Of a stretch of 64,000 nt of DNA, positions 9,056 to 17,950 are shown piece after piece. The stretch is taken from the NCBI GenBank assembly GCA_943349945.1, contig CALQZS010000001.1, positions 213,739-277,738 of the forward strand, given 5' to 3'. Position 1 is the first letter of the stretch, and each line of letters opens with the position of its first letter. The notes under the pieces were generated by a model. The model had not been told where the DNA came from and made no database searches. It was given only the letters and a program-made list of their open reading frames with translations. Source of the DNA: Candidatus Nomurabacteria bacterium. GTDB taxonomy: Bacteria > Patescibacteriota > Minisyncoccia > Phycocordibacterales > SBAW01. The translations under genes were made by a program, and so were the position numbers.

Positions 9056-9475
9056 ATGATTAAAGTGTTCTTGTTGGCGGCTCTCACTGCGCTATCCCCT
9101 TCCACACTTGTAGCGCAGTCAAAGGAAGTGCCGAAACAGTGTCGGGCGGCCTGGACAATCACAGACGACCCAAGCAAGCGGCACGAGCGCAACACTGGAG
9201 CAGGTCTTGTTGATCTGCTCCAGAAGCGATACTACTCCAAGCCAGGCATAGAGGCATTCCATAGCCCACCAGAAAGCGGCTCTGGGTACGTATACTCAGT
9301 CCCAATTGTCGTGGAAGATTTACCGAATGGAGGTAAGCAATTTACCTTCAATCGAAAGAACGACAATGCGTTTGTAATCGGCACCCTGCATCAAATTCCG
9401 GACGGCCGATGGGAAATGGCACTTTCAGTACAATTGCTAGGATACGTAACGGCAACTGGCCTTTGTATCGAGTAG
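9056..9475 (+). CDS. Small secreted protein (signal peptide)
   Basis: Start MIKVFLLAALTALSPSTLVAQ (ATG at 9056 within the longer 8996 ORF); no recognisable domain. Confidence 0.5.
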   Translation: MIKVFLLAALTALSPSTLVAQSKEVPKQCRAAWTITDDPSKRHERNTGAGLVDLLQKRYYSKPGIEAFHSPPESGSGYVYSVPIVVEDLPNGGKQFTFNRKNDNAFVIGTLHQIPDGRWEMALSVQLLGYVTATGLCIE

Positions 9476-9494
9476 CTCGCCCATGCGCACAAAA

Positions 9495-9521
9495 GCCCTG
9501 CAAATATGTTATTTGCAGGGC
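9495..9521 (+). terminator. Perfect 12-bp stem hairpin (gccctgcaaata-tgt-tatttgcagggc) after the 9056..9475 gene
   Basis: Inverted repeat read directly; the U-tract is weak. Confidence 0.4.
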
Positions 9522-9580
9522 TTCCACTATAAAAACTGTATAAATGCTTACACAAGTATATAGTTAATACAGTGAGGGGG

Positions 9581-9609
9581 TTGACTTTTACACAATAAAG
9601 GTATATAAT
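9581..9609 (+). promoter_or_regulatory. Consensus sigma70 promoter TTGACT-17-TATAAT
   Basis: ttgact (9581-9586), 17-nt spacer, tataat (9604-9609); AAGGAG RBS at 9666 precedes ATG 9679. Confidence 0.5.
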
Positions 9610-9678
9610 AAAGCCAGTTGTAACACGGCACATTTTCCCATTTGGGAAGGCGTGAGTAACATAGCAAGGAGAAAGTAC

Positions 9679-10152
9679 ATGCGTATTTTGTTCGCACTTA
9701 GCATGCTGTTGCTCCCGAGCCTCTCTTGGGCGCAGCAGTACACACCGATCCCCAAGGGGAAGCAGTGCTTTGCACTGCTCGGAGAAGAGCGCGCCCCGCC
9801 CGGAGTGGCGACAATGAGCCCATCCACCGTTCCTGGTCGAGGTTCCGTCTTGATGTCGTTTGAAGAAAACGGCACCGTTCGGCTCTACTTCAAGCGCTCG
9901 ATCGACCCGTACAATGCGGCATTAAGCGGAAAACCTTTCAATGAAGTCGCCCGGTCAATGATAGACCGGGGAAACCGTCCCATCACTCAGATGGACCGCT
10001 GGCTTTCATTCGACCACGGCACAGCGGATCCGAGCAACGAACAAACGTACCAGGTTACCATAGGGCCAGATGGTGGCCCTCTCGGGCGAGCGATTTCTCG
10101 CAACGGGCAATTCTCGGTAACCAAACCACTATGTCAGTCCAAGATCGGCTGA
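9679..10152 (+). CDS. Small secreted protein (signal peptide MRILFALSMLLLPSLSWAQ)
   Basis: ATG at 9679 with AAGGAGAAAG Shine-Dalgarno; consensus promoter upstream; no recognisable domain. Confidence 0.55.
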   Translation: MRILFALSMLLLPSLSWAQQYTPIPKGKQCFALLGEERAPPGVATMSPSTVPGRGSVLMSFEENGTVRLYFKRSIDPYNAALSGKPFNEVARSMIDRGNRPITQMDRWLSFDHGTADPSNEQTYQVTIGPDGGPLGRAISRNGQFSVTKPLCQSKIG

Positions 10153-10162
10153 ACATGGCACG

Positions 10163-10197
10163 AAATCGCCGGCGCACCCATGTGCGACCGGCGATTT
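10163..10197. terminator. Bidirectional hairpin terminator between convergent genes
   Basis: aaatcgccgg...ccggcgattt 10-bp stem followed by ttttttctt. Confidence 0.5.
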
Positions 10198-11476
10198 AAC
10201 TTTTTCTTACAAATAAATTTCTCCAGTTTTGTTTTTTATTTTCACCTAAACTTTCGTTTGGATACAGTATGTTTTTTAACACAGCCACCAACCTATCAAC
10301 ATCAGATCTTTCGTTATACACATAAAAACTAGCCCGACACACACCAGCAGTATCTATTGTTTTGACCAATGGCATAGCGCAATGATACCCTCCTCTACTG
10401 GAAATGTGCTGCTTGCCCAAGGCTTGAGTTACTTGCATCGACGTAACGTCCCTCACAACAAAAGACACTATACCGATATTTTTTTGCTCATTCTTTTCAG
10501 AAACAATTGTAATTTCTGGTATACGACTCAGAGACTCTGTGCAATATTGCACTAAATCTTGCACATGAGACGAAATAGACTCAATCCCTAAAGACTCTAT
10601 GTATTCTACGGCTGCGGCCAAGCCGATCGCCCCCGCAATATTTGGTGTACCCGCCTCAAAACACATAGGAGAATCTCGATATATCGTTTCTTCTGGCGAA
10701 ACACTCTTGATAGCTCCGCCACCACTAAAAATTGGCTGCAATTTAGCAAATATGTCTTTTTTGCCGTACAAACCTCCTATGCCTGTAGGACCGAGCATTT
10801 TGTGACCTGAAAAAAATAAAAAATCGCAGCCTAGTGTTTGTACATTCACGTCCACATGCCCTATCGCAGTAGTTGCATCAACTATAGTTACTGCACCACA
10901 CTCTTTTGCTTGTCGTATAATCCTCTGGACATCATATATTGTGCCCAAAACATTACTTGCCAAAGGTATGGCTACAATTTTGGTTTTTGAACTTATTAGA
11001 TTTTGTGCAACATCATAATCTAACTCTGTACCCTTCAGAGGAATGAGTTGCATCTTTGCTTTTGTCCGCTTAGCTAACTCTTGGAATGGAATAAAGTTTG
11101 AATGGTGTTCTGAAACACTAACAACAATGCCGTCGTGCGGTGTAAGATTTAAAAACTTTTCAAGCATCAGCACGAGCATGTTTAACCCCAAAGTAGCACC
11201 GGGAGTAAACACCATCTCCTTTGTCTCTGCATGAATAAACTTAGCCACCGTAGCACGTGCCTGTTCATAGGCATGTGTTGCCTCCACGCTGAGCGCATGC
11301 GGCCCACGGTGAACATTTGCTCGGTAGTTAAAGTAATAATCATTCATAGCCTCCACCACTTGCTGTGGGGTTTGCGACGATGCCGCAGAGTCCAAATACA
11401 CAAGACTTTGTCCATGTGTATCTTTATAGTTTTTAAAGATAGGGAAATCTTTTTTAATTGTTCCGACGTTTATCAT
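10196..11476 (-). CDS. Cysteine desulfurase, class V aminotransferase (SufS/NifS family)
   Basis: PLP-lysine motif SGHKMLGPTGIG; N-term MINVGTIKKDFPIF...LVYLDSAASSQTP aligns with SufS starts; the track ORF extends 12 codons further to a GTG at 11512. Confidence 0.8.
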   Translation of the reverse strand: MINVGTIKKDFPIFKNYKDTHGQSLVYLDSAASSQTPQQVVEAMNDYYFNYRANVHRGPHALSVEATHAYEQARATVAKFIHAETKEMVFTPGATLGLNMLVLMLEKFLNLTPHDGIVVSVSEHHSNFIPFQELAKRTKAKMQLIPLKGTELDYDVAQNLISSKTKIVAIPLASNVLGTIYDVQRIIRQAKECGAVTIVDATTAIGHVDVNVQTLGCDFLFFSGHKMLGPTGIGGLYGKKDIFAKLQPIFSGGGAIKSVSPEETIYRDSPMCFEAGTPNIAGAIGLAAAVEYIESLGIESISSHVQDLVQYCTESLSRIPEITIVSEKNEQKNIGIVSFVVRDVTSMQVTQALGKQHISSRGGYHCAMPLVKTIDTAGVCRASFYVYNERSDVDRLVAVLKNILYPNESLGENKKQNWRNLFVRKS

Positions 11477-11589
11477 AAAATGCCTGCAATGGTCACAGTG
11501 TACACTAGCCATTTCTTAATCACACAGGGCACGGACCGTGATATGTTTTAGATTTGTAGAACTGCTTTATATATCCTAAACTTATCTCT

Positions 11590-13023
11590 ATGGGCCGTGT
11601 TTTTGAATATCTTCAAGTGGTATTGTTCAAAAAAACTCTTTCACGGTACGCAAAACTACTTCCAAAAGATTTTTTCACAACTACCACTACTAAAAAAACT
11701 GAATTATATAAAAATTTACTACGTGCAGAAATAGAAACAATTAAACAACTCCAAAAAGAAGAGTTTGAATTTGTCAAAAAAATACAACTTCTTCGCTTAA
11801 GAGAAGTGCTTGTGTTAGCCGCACAGACAAGGTGGTGGAACAATTACTTTCTGCAAAAGAAAGTTGCTTGGAAACGTATTGCTACTTTTGATGACTTACA
11901 AACTATCCCACCTATCACCCGCAACAATATTGTGGATGTAGAAAAAAAGGACCTTCTACTACTAGAGGCTAACGACCCCTCATTACTGTGGCGCAGCTCC
12001 AGCGGCAGTACGACAGGCACCCCTGTCGTGTGGGGTTTAAATAAAACAATTCTAATCTTAAACGTATTAGCAAGTTTATTAATACAACTCGAAAAAAGAG
12101 GTTTTTTACTTAGCGCAAATCTGAATCATAAATTTTGCCTCCACTACAATATGTTTATGACAGCCGACAAGCATGCTTTTAAATGGTTTGCTCAACCGGA
12201 CTTCCATATCCCCAACCACAGCAGTGACCGTCGTAAAAAAACTATAGAGCTAAGTTTAATTATTGCTCAAACGCAAAATCTAGTCCTTTTTACCAGTCCT
12301 AACGAATTAATTTCCCTGGTAGACTCTTTTAGAGATATTGGCGATCGACCCCATATACCTTTTATTATTACAGTTGGCTCTCCGCTACCTCCACACGTTC
12401 GTGACACCACAACGCAGTACTTCCACTCTCAAATATTTTCTTTCTACGGCGCACAAGAAACAGGACCCTGTGCAATAGAGTGCGTAAACGTTAAGGACGC
12501 CTATCATGCATTATCAGACCGAATAATTTTAGAGCTCCTTGATGAACACAATCGGCCCGTAAAAGAAGGCGAAGCGGGATTAATTACCGTAACCTGTCTG
12601 GACAACACCGTTATGCCACTTATCCGATACCAACCAGGTGACTGGGGAGTGTTCGTTTCTAACTCTCTGTGCACATGCGGCAATCACTTTCCTTTATTTA
12701 AAGTACTGGAGCGCACCACCGACGTGGTTACTTTTAGCACCGGAGAGCGTCTGTCTATAGTCCCAATTTTAAGATTTTTTAACAGACCTCCTTATATTTC
12801 TTTTGTGAGGCGCTTTCAGATCGAACAAGATCGACACGATCACATCATTGTGAGACTTGAAGTTAAAAAACTATTATCTGAAACCGCCATAACTAGACTT
12901 CACGAAAGAGTTGGGCGTATTTTTAAAGGCAAACTTCAGGCAGATGTTGTGCAAACCACAAACCTTACGCAAGAAAACCCAAAATTTAGAGTATTTATAC
13001 CCTTAAAAACACCGCGACCTTAA
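11590..13023 (+). CDS. PaaK/CapK-like adenylate-forming enzyme (phenylacetate-CoA ligase superfamily)
   Basis: 477 aa; AMP-binding P-loop-like SSGSTTGTPV; strongly AT-rich compared with flanks. Confidence 0.5.
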   Translation: MGRVFEYLQVVLFKKTLSRYAKLLPKDFFTTTTTKKTELYKNLLRAEIETIKQLQKEEFEFVKKIQLLRLREVLVLAAQTRWWNNYFLQKKVAWKRIATFDDLQTIPPITRNNIVDVEKKDLLLLEANDPSLLWRSSSGSTTGTPVVWGLNKTILILNVLASLLIQLEKRGFLLSANLNHKFCLHYNMFMTADKHAFKWFAQPDFHIPNHSSDRRKKTIELSLIIAQTQNLVLFTSPNELISLVDSFRDIGDRPHIPFIITVGSPLPPHVRDTTTQYFHSQIFSFYGAQETGPCAIECVNVKDAYHALSDRIILELLDEHNRPVKEGEAGLITVTCLDNTVMPLIRYQPGDWGVFVSNSLCTCGNHFPLFKVLERTTDVVTFSTGERLSIVPILRFFNRPPYISFVRRFQIEQDRHDHIIVRLEVKKLLSETAITRLHERVGRIFKGKLQADVVQTTNLTQENPKFRVFIPLKTPRP

Positions 13024-14090
13024 TTTACGACTATCCCAAGTTTATCTAAAAAAACTCTAAACTCTGGGGAAATTTTAGCCAGCTTGATTGCTACCATTTT
13101 ATTGAAATTAGTATCAGGAACGTTCTTTAGGTTTGCAAAAAAACGCAACTCCTCTGACAAAGGATCAGCATCTGCAAAAGGCTGGAGAATAGCACGTATA
13201 TCCTCTTCTCTATTCAATTGAGATGAAACAAGATTTGCATTATAAAAACGAGCGCGCCAAATAATTATAGATGGGTTTTTATCTTGTCCTGTCGCTTTAG
13301 CAGTATCAAAAACCAGAGCATAGGCATCTTCTGCCTCTTTTACTGATTCTGCGGGTGATCCGAGCAAGAAAGAAATACGACCCAACGATACAGCTCTGTG
13401 GTAATATCCATGGACAAGAATTGATGGTGAATAAATCGACTCATCGTGGCGAGAATCCCCATCTTTCACATATTTCATCATCATCTCTGCGGTTTCTTTC
13501 GGATCCGCAGCAGTGGGATTACTTACACTTAAAGATGCGTACTGATGCGCAATTGAATATTCTGCCCACGACGTTGGGTATGTATCGTCTGAGTATTTAA
13601 GCAACGCAAGGTATGCAGCGCTGACTTTTTGCGCCTCGGTACCTTCTGCTGGCACAAAGGCATTATATGGAGCTTCGCTAAAGTGAATTTGGTAGAAGGA
13701 TAGACTCGAGTCGTTTACAAAACGGGCAATACTGTTGAGCGCCTGGGCGCGCCACGCAGCAGGTATTGAGTAGTCGTTCACTACTTCTTTTAAGGTTTTG
13801 ATTGCTTGGGTGCGGTCACCGCTTTGGTTTCTAAACCAATAACTCACCCCAAGTAGGATTTTGAGCCGTCCAAATTCTGATTTATTTGGCGCCTGAGCAA
13901 TAAGGGTCGGCAGGTTATTAATGGAAGCCGCATAGTCTCCCGACACAAACGTATCGTACGCAGCCCTAGCATCAGCTTGATATGTGTTGCTTTGTTGAGG
14001 CATGTAAAATCGCATGTAGTATATATACCCGAAAACAACAGCCCCTGAAAGTATTAAGGCGAGCAGTAGTAGAGTGTAACGTTTTCCCAT
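13020..14090 (-). CDS. Membrane-anchored hypothetical protein (AT-rich gene)
   Basis: Start MGKRYTLLLLALILSGAVVFGYIYYM (ATG at 14090 inside the longer track ORF); a single N-terminal TM followed by a large soluble domain. Confidence 0.5.
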   Translation of the reverse strand: MGKRYTLLLLALILSGAVVFGYIYYMRFYMPQQSNTYQADARAAYDTFVSGDYAASINNLPTLIAQAPNKSEFGRLKILLGVSYWFRNQSGDRTQAIKTLKEVVNDYSIPAAWRAQALNSIARFVNDSSLSFYQIHFSEAPYNAFVPAEGTEAQKVSAAYLALLKYSDDTYPTSWAEYSIAHQYASLSVSNPTAADPKETAEMMMKYVKDGDSRHDESIYSPSILVHGYYHRAVSLGRISFLLGSPAESVKEAEDAYALVFDTAKATGQDKNPSIIIWRARFYNANLVSSQLNREEDIRAILQPFADADPLSEELRFFANLKNVPDTNFNKMVAIKLAKISPEFRVFLDKLGIVVN

Positions 14091-14103
14091 AAATATTATC
14101 AGG

Positions 14104-14373
14104 TTAACAAGGACTTTCGCTATCACCAGCACCTTCTGGAGAATCTGATTCACACGCATCACCTTCACCCCCGCCAGCACCAACACCTTCAGCTGATGTG
14201 TTTGTACTGGGGAAGTCTGCATGAGCTGTATTGAGCCCAAAATCTTTTGCCAGTTTTTCCTGTTCTTGTGGGTCAGACTGTGTAAACCTCGCAACCAATC
14301 CACCAAAAAAGACAAGTGCTGTAAGCGCACTGAGTGAAACAAATCGGAGTGATAGTTGTAGTAGGCTTCTCAT
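14104..14373 (-). CDS. Small secreted acidic protein (hypothetical)
   Basis: 89 aa; N-terminal hydrophobic segment, acidic Gly/Glu/Asp-rich C-terminus; 13 nt upstream of the next gene. Confidence 0.35.
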   Translation of the reverse strand: MRSLLQLSLRFVSLSALTALVFFGGLVARFTQSDPQEQEKLAKDFGLNTAHADFPSTNTSAEGVGAGGGEGDACESDSPEGAGDSESPC

Positions 14374-14426
14374 ATATTGTTTAGTGTAGCAGGCTGGCTA
14401 CTATTGAACACCCAACTATCCCCACC

Positions 14427-14912
14427 TTAGTCTTGTGCCGGAATGCGCTCTGTATCCCCCACCACTGGAAGCCCCGCATCTGCCCAGTGGTTTAGCCCAC
14501 CCTCGATACGCAGCAGGTTTTGGAATCCTTCTCGCTCTAAGTAGCCGTAGGCAACCCCGGCCAGGCGCCCCGTCGAGCAAATAAGTACTATTTTTTTGCC
14601 CTTTTTAGGCAATACGGTACGGTCGTCAAATAAGTTTGCTATAGGTTCGCTTATAGAGCCCTGCGCATGGGCAATATCATACTCTCTTTTGCTCCGCACA
14701 TCCAACAGCAAGTATGCATCAGGGTTTTTTTGATAGTCCTCCCAAAAAGCAACAGGGTCGACATCGTGCATTGTTGGCTCAACAAAGTTCATCCACTTAA
14801 GTGGGGTTAGGTAAATAACCGACGCCGCCCCCACCCCGCCCACCAATAGTCCAATAATTAGAAAAAGTGCTGCAGACCAGGTAAAAAGTGTTCGACGTAT
14901 CCACGTAAGCAT
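14427..14912 (-). CDS. Membrane-anchored rhodanese-domain sulfurtransferase
   Basis: 161 aa; N-terminal TM; catalytic loop CSTGRLAG (Cys-x2-Gly-x-Arg); lies 28 nt downstream of ycaO. Confidence 0.75.
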   Translation of the reverse strand: MLTWIRRTLFTWSAALFLIIGLLVGGVGAASVIYLTPLKWMNFVEPTMHDVDPVAFWEDYQKNPDAYLLLDVRSKREYDIAHAQGSISEPIANLFDDRTVLPKKGKKIVLICSTGRLAGVAYGYLEREGFQNLLRIEGGLNHWADAGLPVVGDTERIPAQD

Positions 14913-14940
14913 ACGAAAATTGTATCACGGACAAAAACTT

Positions 14941-16323
14941 TTATGGGAAAGGGTGCGGGTACGTGTTTGTTGGTTCCACCCCACCAAGCACCGGGGTCGA
15001 GAAGCGTTCGTGGAGTGCGAGTTTGTACAACCCTGGTGCAAGTAAGCGCACAGAGTGGAAGCCTACCTCGTCTAGGTACGGCTGCTTTGCTTGCACCACG
15101 CACAGCTGCCCCTTTGCCAAAACCTTAAGCACATCCACTGGATGGTTTGCCTTCTTTTTTAGCAAATCATCAAACAACACTTCCCTGCCTGCCAAAAAGA
15201 GCTCGCCATTTTTTGCTATATGCGCTTGAGACCATGCGTGTATACGCTTAACGTCTGTGATAGAGCGATCACAAAAACCAGCGGTGAGTGTTGTTTCACT
15301 CAATACAGGTGCTTGTGTGTTGTTAGCACCATCCATCGCCCAGGTATATACAGACAAGGCTTCGCACACTGCACGCTCCACAGCCCCGCAGTAGTCCACT
15401 TTTGTGGCCATACCCACAAACCAGCCCAACCCCGGCTTGGTAAGCACTGCAGCAACCGACGGCGTACCGTCTACTAATGTACAGTCCAGCAAGTGAGCAG
15501 TGAAGTCGTATGCAGACACTGCGCGCAATAGTGTTTTTGTGCCCTGCTGTGCCAGCGGGCTTTGCAACACGCTATGCAATGCAATTTTTGGTGGAGCTTT
15601 TTTTGCATACCAATGGGTAAAAAAGCTGTGTCGCTGCAACAGCTCTGACGCACCGCTGAGTACAGCCTCGCCGTATGTATATCCAGCACCAAGGCCATTG
15701 GTATTCATCTCGCCTAGCAATGGCTCGCCCTTTTGTCGCTTGTACCCCCAGTGCAAAAGTTGTGCTGGCACCCACGTAGGCGCCTGTGTAAAAATGTTTG
15801 TTGCTTGCACCCATCCAAAAACAGAGTCCTCGTCCCACACCAAATCAGTAAAGGTCTCTTTCTGCTTCTTGGTTGTTTGTGCCAGCTCAAAGATAGGAAA
15901 CACAGACTCTTTTTGCTCCTGTAATTTTTTGTAGCTTGCATGCACCACCTGTTGCCCAACAGGCACAAACCGCATAGACACGCGTTCGTACAGCTCGCCA
16001 AATGCCCTGGCAACTGCCTCGTCTAAAGACAAGGCTGTCCCTCGTGCAAACACTCGCCCATCTATTGCCCGCAAACCCACATCATAAAAATGCACATTCG
16101 GGGCCAGCTGGAGCGCCCGCGAATAGCCAACTGTTTGGTGTAGAATATTCTGCCTCTGTGCTTGTGCTATCAATTTTTTGTGCGTGTCGGTTGTAGCTAT
16201 GTTCCCCTGTGCCGTAACGCCCGAGAATAGGTGTGTGTCCCGCACCGCGGATACATACTGCGCAAATAACCCACCGGGGGTTTTAAAACGTGTATGAAAT
16301 TCGAGCAACTCGCGGATGTTCAT
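14941..16323 (-). CDS. YcaO-domain protein (ATP-dependent peptide backbone-modifying enzyme family)
   Basis: YcaO ATP-binding motifs ALSLDEAVARAFGELYERVS and NTNGLGAGYTYGEAVLSGASELLQRH; C-terminal PxPxP (PHPFP). The ATG at 16323 overlaps the upstream gene's TGA stop as ATGA (translational coupling); the track start at 16356 is GTG. Confidence 0.8.
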   Translation of the reverse strand: MNIRELLEFHTRFKTPGGLFAQYVSAVRDTHLFSGVTAQGNIATTDTHKKLIAQAQRQNILHQTVGYSRALQLAPNVHFYDVGLRAIDGRVFARGTALSLDEAVARAFGELYERVSMRFVPVGQQVVHASYKKLQEQKESVFPIFELAQTTKKQKETFTDLVWDEDSVFGWVQATNIFTQAPTWVPAQLLHWGYKRQKGEPLLGEMNTNGLGAGYTYGEAVLSGASELLQRHSFFTHWYAKKAPPKIALHSVLQSPLAQQGTKTLLRAVSAYDFTAHLLDCTLVDGTPSVAAVLTKPGLGWFVGMATKVDYCGAVERAVCEALSVYTWAMDGANNTQAPVLSETTLTAGFCDRSITDVKRIHAWSQAHIAKNGELFLAGREVLFDDLLKKKANHPVDVLKVLAKGQLCVVQAKQPYLDEVGFHSVRLLAPGLYKLALHERFSTPVLGGVEPTNTYPHPFP

Positions 16324-17195
16324 ACGTTTTTTTGTTTGTCGGCCAATAAGTAGCACAGCCCCACCAGCACATGCATATGCACGTCGTCTATATATAGTGT
16401 GTTTGGTTGCGAAAGAATGTGCTCGTGGTACTTCCCCAGCGTCTGTTTTGCGTAGTGGCTTGTGGCCCGCTCGTGCAACAGCCGTGTGTAAAGCCGCTCG
16501 ACCAACGCAGCATCGGCCGCATAGTAGGCCAGCACTTCAAACACCTTGCCCACAGGAGACGACCACGCACGAACCCCCGTGTGTAGGTCTTTAAACCAGC
16601 CGTCGGCAGTGTAGCAACTTTCTAAATATTGATACTCCTGTTGAGCCAGCTCTGGTGCCGCACTTTTTGCCCAGACCAGAGTGTCTGCATAATCAAAAAA
16701 ACGACCCTGCCTTGGCGCCAAGCAAAGATTGTACCGCAGCACCTCTTGTAAGTATGTAGTGTGCGGCAGAGGTTTGGGCAGCAGCCCCGAAAGTCGCAAA
16801 TACAAACCCACGGCAATGGGATGCGACAACATATCGGGCACAAGAGCTTGGTGCACTAGTGCAATAGACACCTCTTTTTTTGCATATGCCTCTGCGAGCG
16901 CCGTATACAGCATGATGTAGAGTTTTTGAATGGGAGTTTGCGACTCAAGATTGTCTTGCACATACCGCTCTGACAAGTTTATCTGCTTTTGTATATCCAG
17001 CGTTGGGACAAGTTGTTGCGCAAACATGAGCGCCATGTTTGCCATAGACTGTCGCACAATATCTTTCTTTCTGTCTATAGAATCGGAGACTGTTATGTAG
17101 GAAGGGATCATCCCTTCTGCGTCTTGGGTTAGGAGAATTTTTTCGACATGCCACGCAATACGTGCCTCCAGAGAGTCTCCCGTAACATCTTCCAT
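16320..17195 (-). CDS. Hypothetical protein translationally coupled to ycaO (candidate YcaO partner)
   Basis: 291 aa, largely helical-looking; no recognisable motifs; its stop overlaps the ycaO start. Confidence 0.55.
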   Translation of the reverse strand: MEDVTGDSLEARIAWHVEKILLTQDAEGMIPSYITVSDSIDRKKDIVRQSMANMALMFAQQLVPTLDIQKQINLSERYVQDNLESQTPIQKLYIMLYTALAEAYAKKEVSIALVHQALVPDMLSHPIAVGLYLRLSGLLPKPLPHTTYLQEVLRYNLCLAPRQGRFFDYADTLVWAKSAAPELAQQEYQYLESCYTADGWFKDLHTGVRAWSSPVGKVFEVLAYYAADAALVERLYTRLLHERATSHYAKQTLGKYHEHILSQPNTLYIDDVHMHVLVGLCYLLADKQKNV

Positions 17196-17220
17196 GGCCT
17201 GATTATACTCAATGGTGCAG

Positions 17221-17249
17221 ATTGACTTATGTATATATAGGTGGTATAA
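17221..17249 (+). promoter_or_regulatory. Consensus sigma70 promoter TTGACT-17-TATAAT
   Basis: ttgact (17221-26), 17-nt spacer, tataat (17244-49); AGGAGG RBS precedes ATG 17281. Confidence 0.55.
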
Positions 17250-17280
17250 TTAAAAAAGAGTACAACAGGAGGACTTTTCC

Positions 17281-17706
17281 ATGAACGTTCTGCAAATTGC
17301 CGCCCTGGCACTGCTTGCTTTGGCAGGATGTGCCACAGACAAGCCAACAAGCGCCGTCGCCGACCCCACCAAACTGGTCGCGGGGAAGCGGTTCACCGGC
17401 AACACCACCCCCGACGTGCGCTGCGTGGGCACCGGATGTTATGGGGGCATCGAATTCAACTTCGACGCCACGGATGTCTCCATACGATTTTTGGGAGACA
17501 AAACCATCGAGCCGGGCAGCCTACTGCTGGCGCGCGGAGCCGTCCATCGAGGAGTCTCCAGCTTTGCCATCGAGGGCGGCGAGATCGAATTCTCGGATGC
17601 ATCGAACCGCAAGTACAAGCTGTGGCACGACGGCACCTGTCTAACCGGCAGTGCACACACGATCACGAACCTACACTCAAGCGTCCGGGCATGCCCGGTG
17701 CGTTAA
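17281..17706 (+). CDS. Lipoprotein (lipobox LALAGC) in a high-GC cassette
   Basis: 141 aa; signal peptide plus LAGC lipobox; the gene is bracketed by a consensus promoter and a strong terminator; overlapping ORFs on both strands indicate high GC. Confidence 0.6.
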   Translation: MNVLQIAALALLALAGCATDKPTSAVADPTKLVAGKRFTGNTTPDVRCVGTGCYGGIEFNFDATDVSIRFLGDKTIEPGSLLLARGAVHRGVSSFAIEGGEIEFSDASNRKYKLWHDGTCLTGSAHTITNLHSSVRACPVR

Positions 17707-17722
17707 GTCCACCCCAAACACC

Positions 17723-17770
17723 AAGGCGATGCTGGAAATCTTCCACCAGCATCGCCTTTCTATTTTTCTA
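17723..17770 (+). terminator. Rho-independent terminator (13-bp stem aaggcgatgctgg/ccagcatcgcctt + T-run)
   Basis: Read directly; followed by tctatttttct. Confidence 0.55.
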
Positions 17771-17950
17771 TATACAGAGAGAATGGTTGTTTTATGCATC
17801 CATTGACTTCTGCCCACAAAAGGGATATTCTGTGCACATCTGGTAACTGCCCCGAGTGGGTGGTTTTTTTCGTTCTAGAGATATACAGAACGCCAGTGAC
17901 TATATATCTCAGACCCTGTTAAATCCCACTACTCATTAAGAATTTATATT

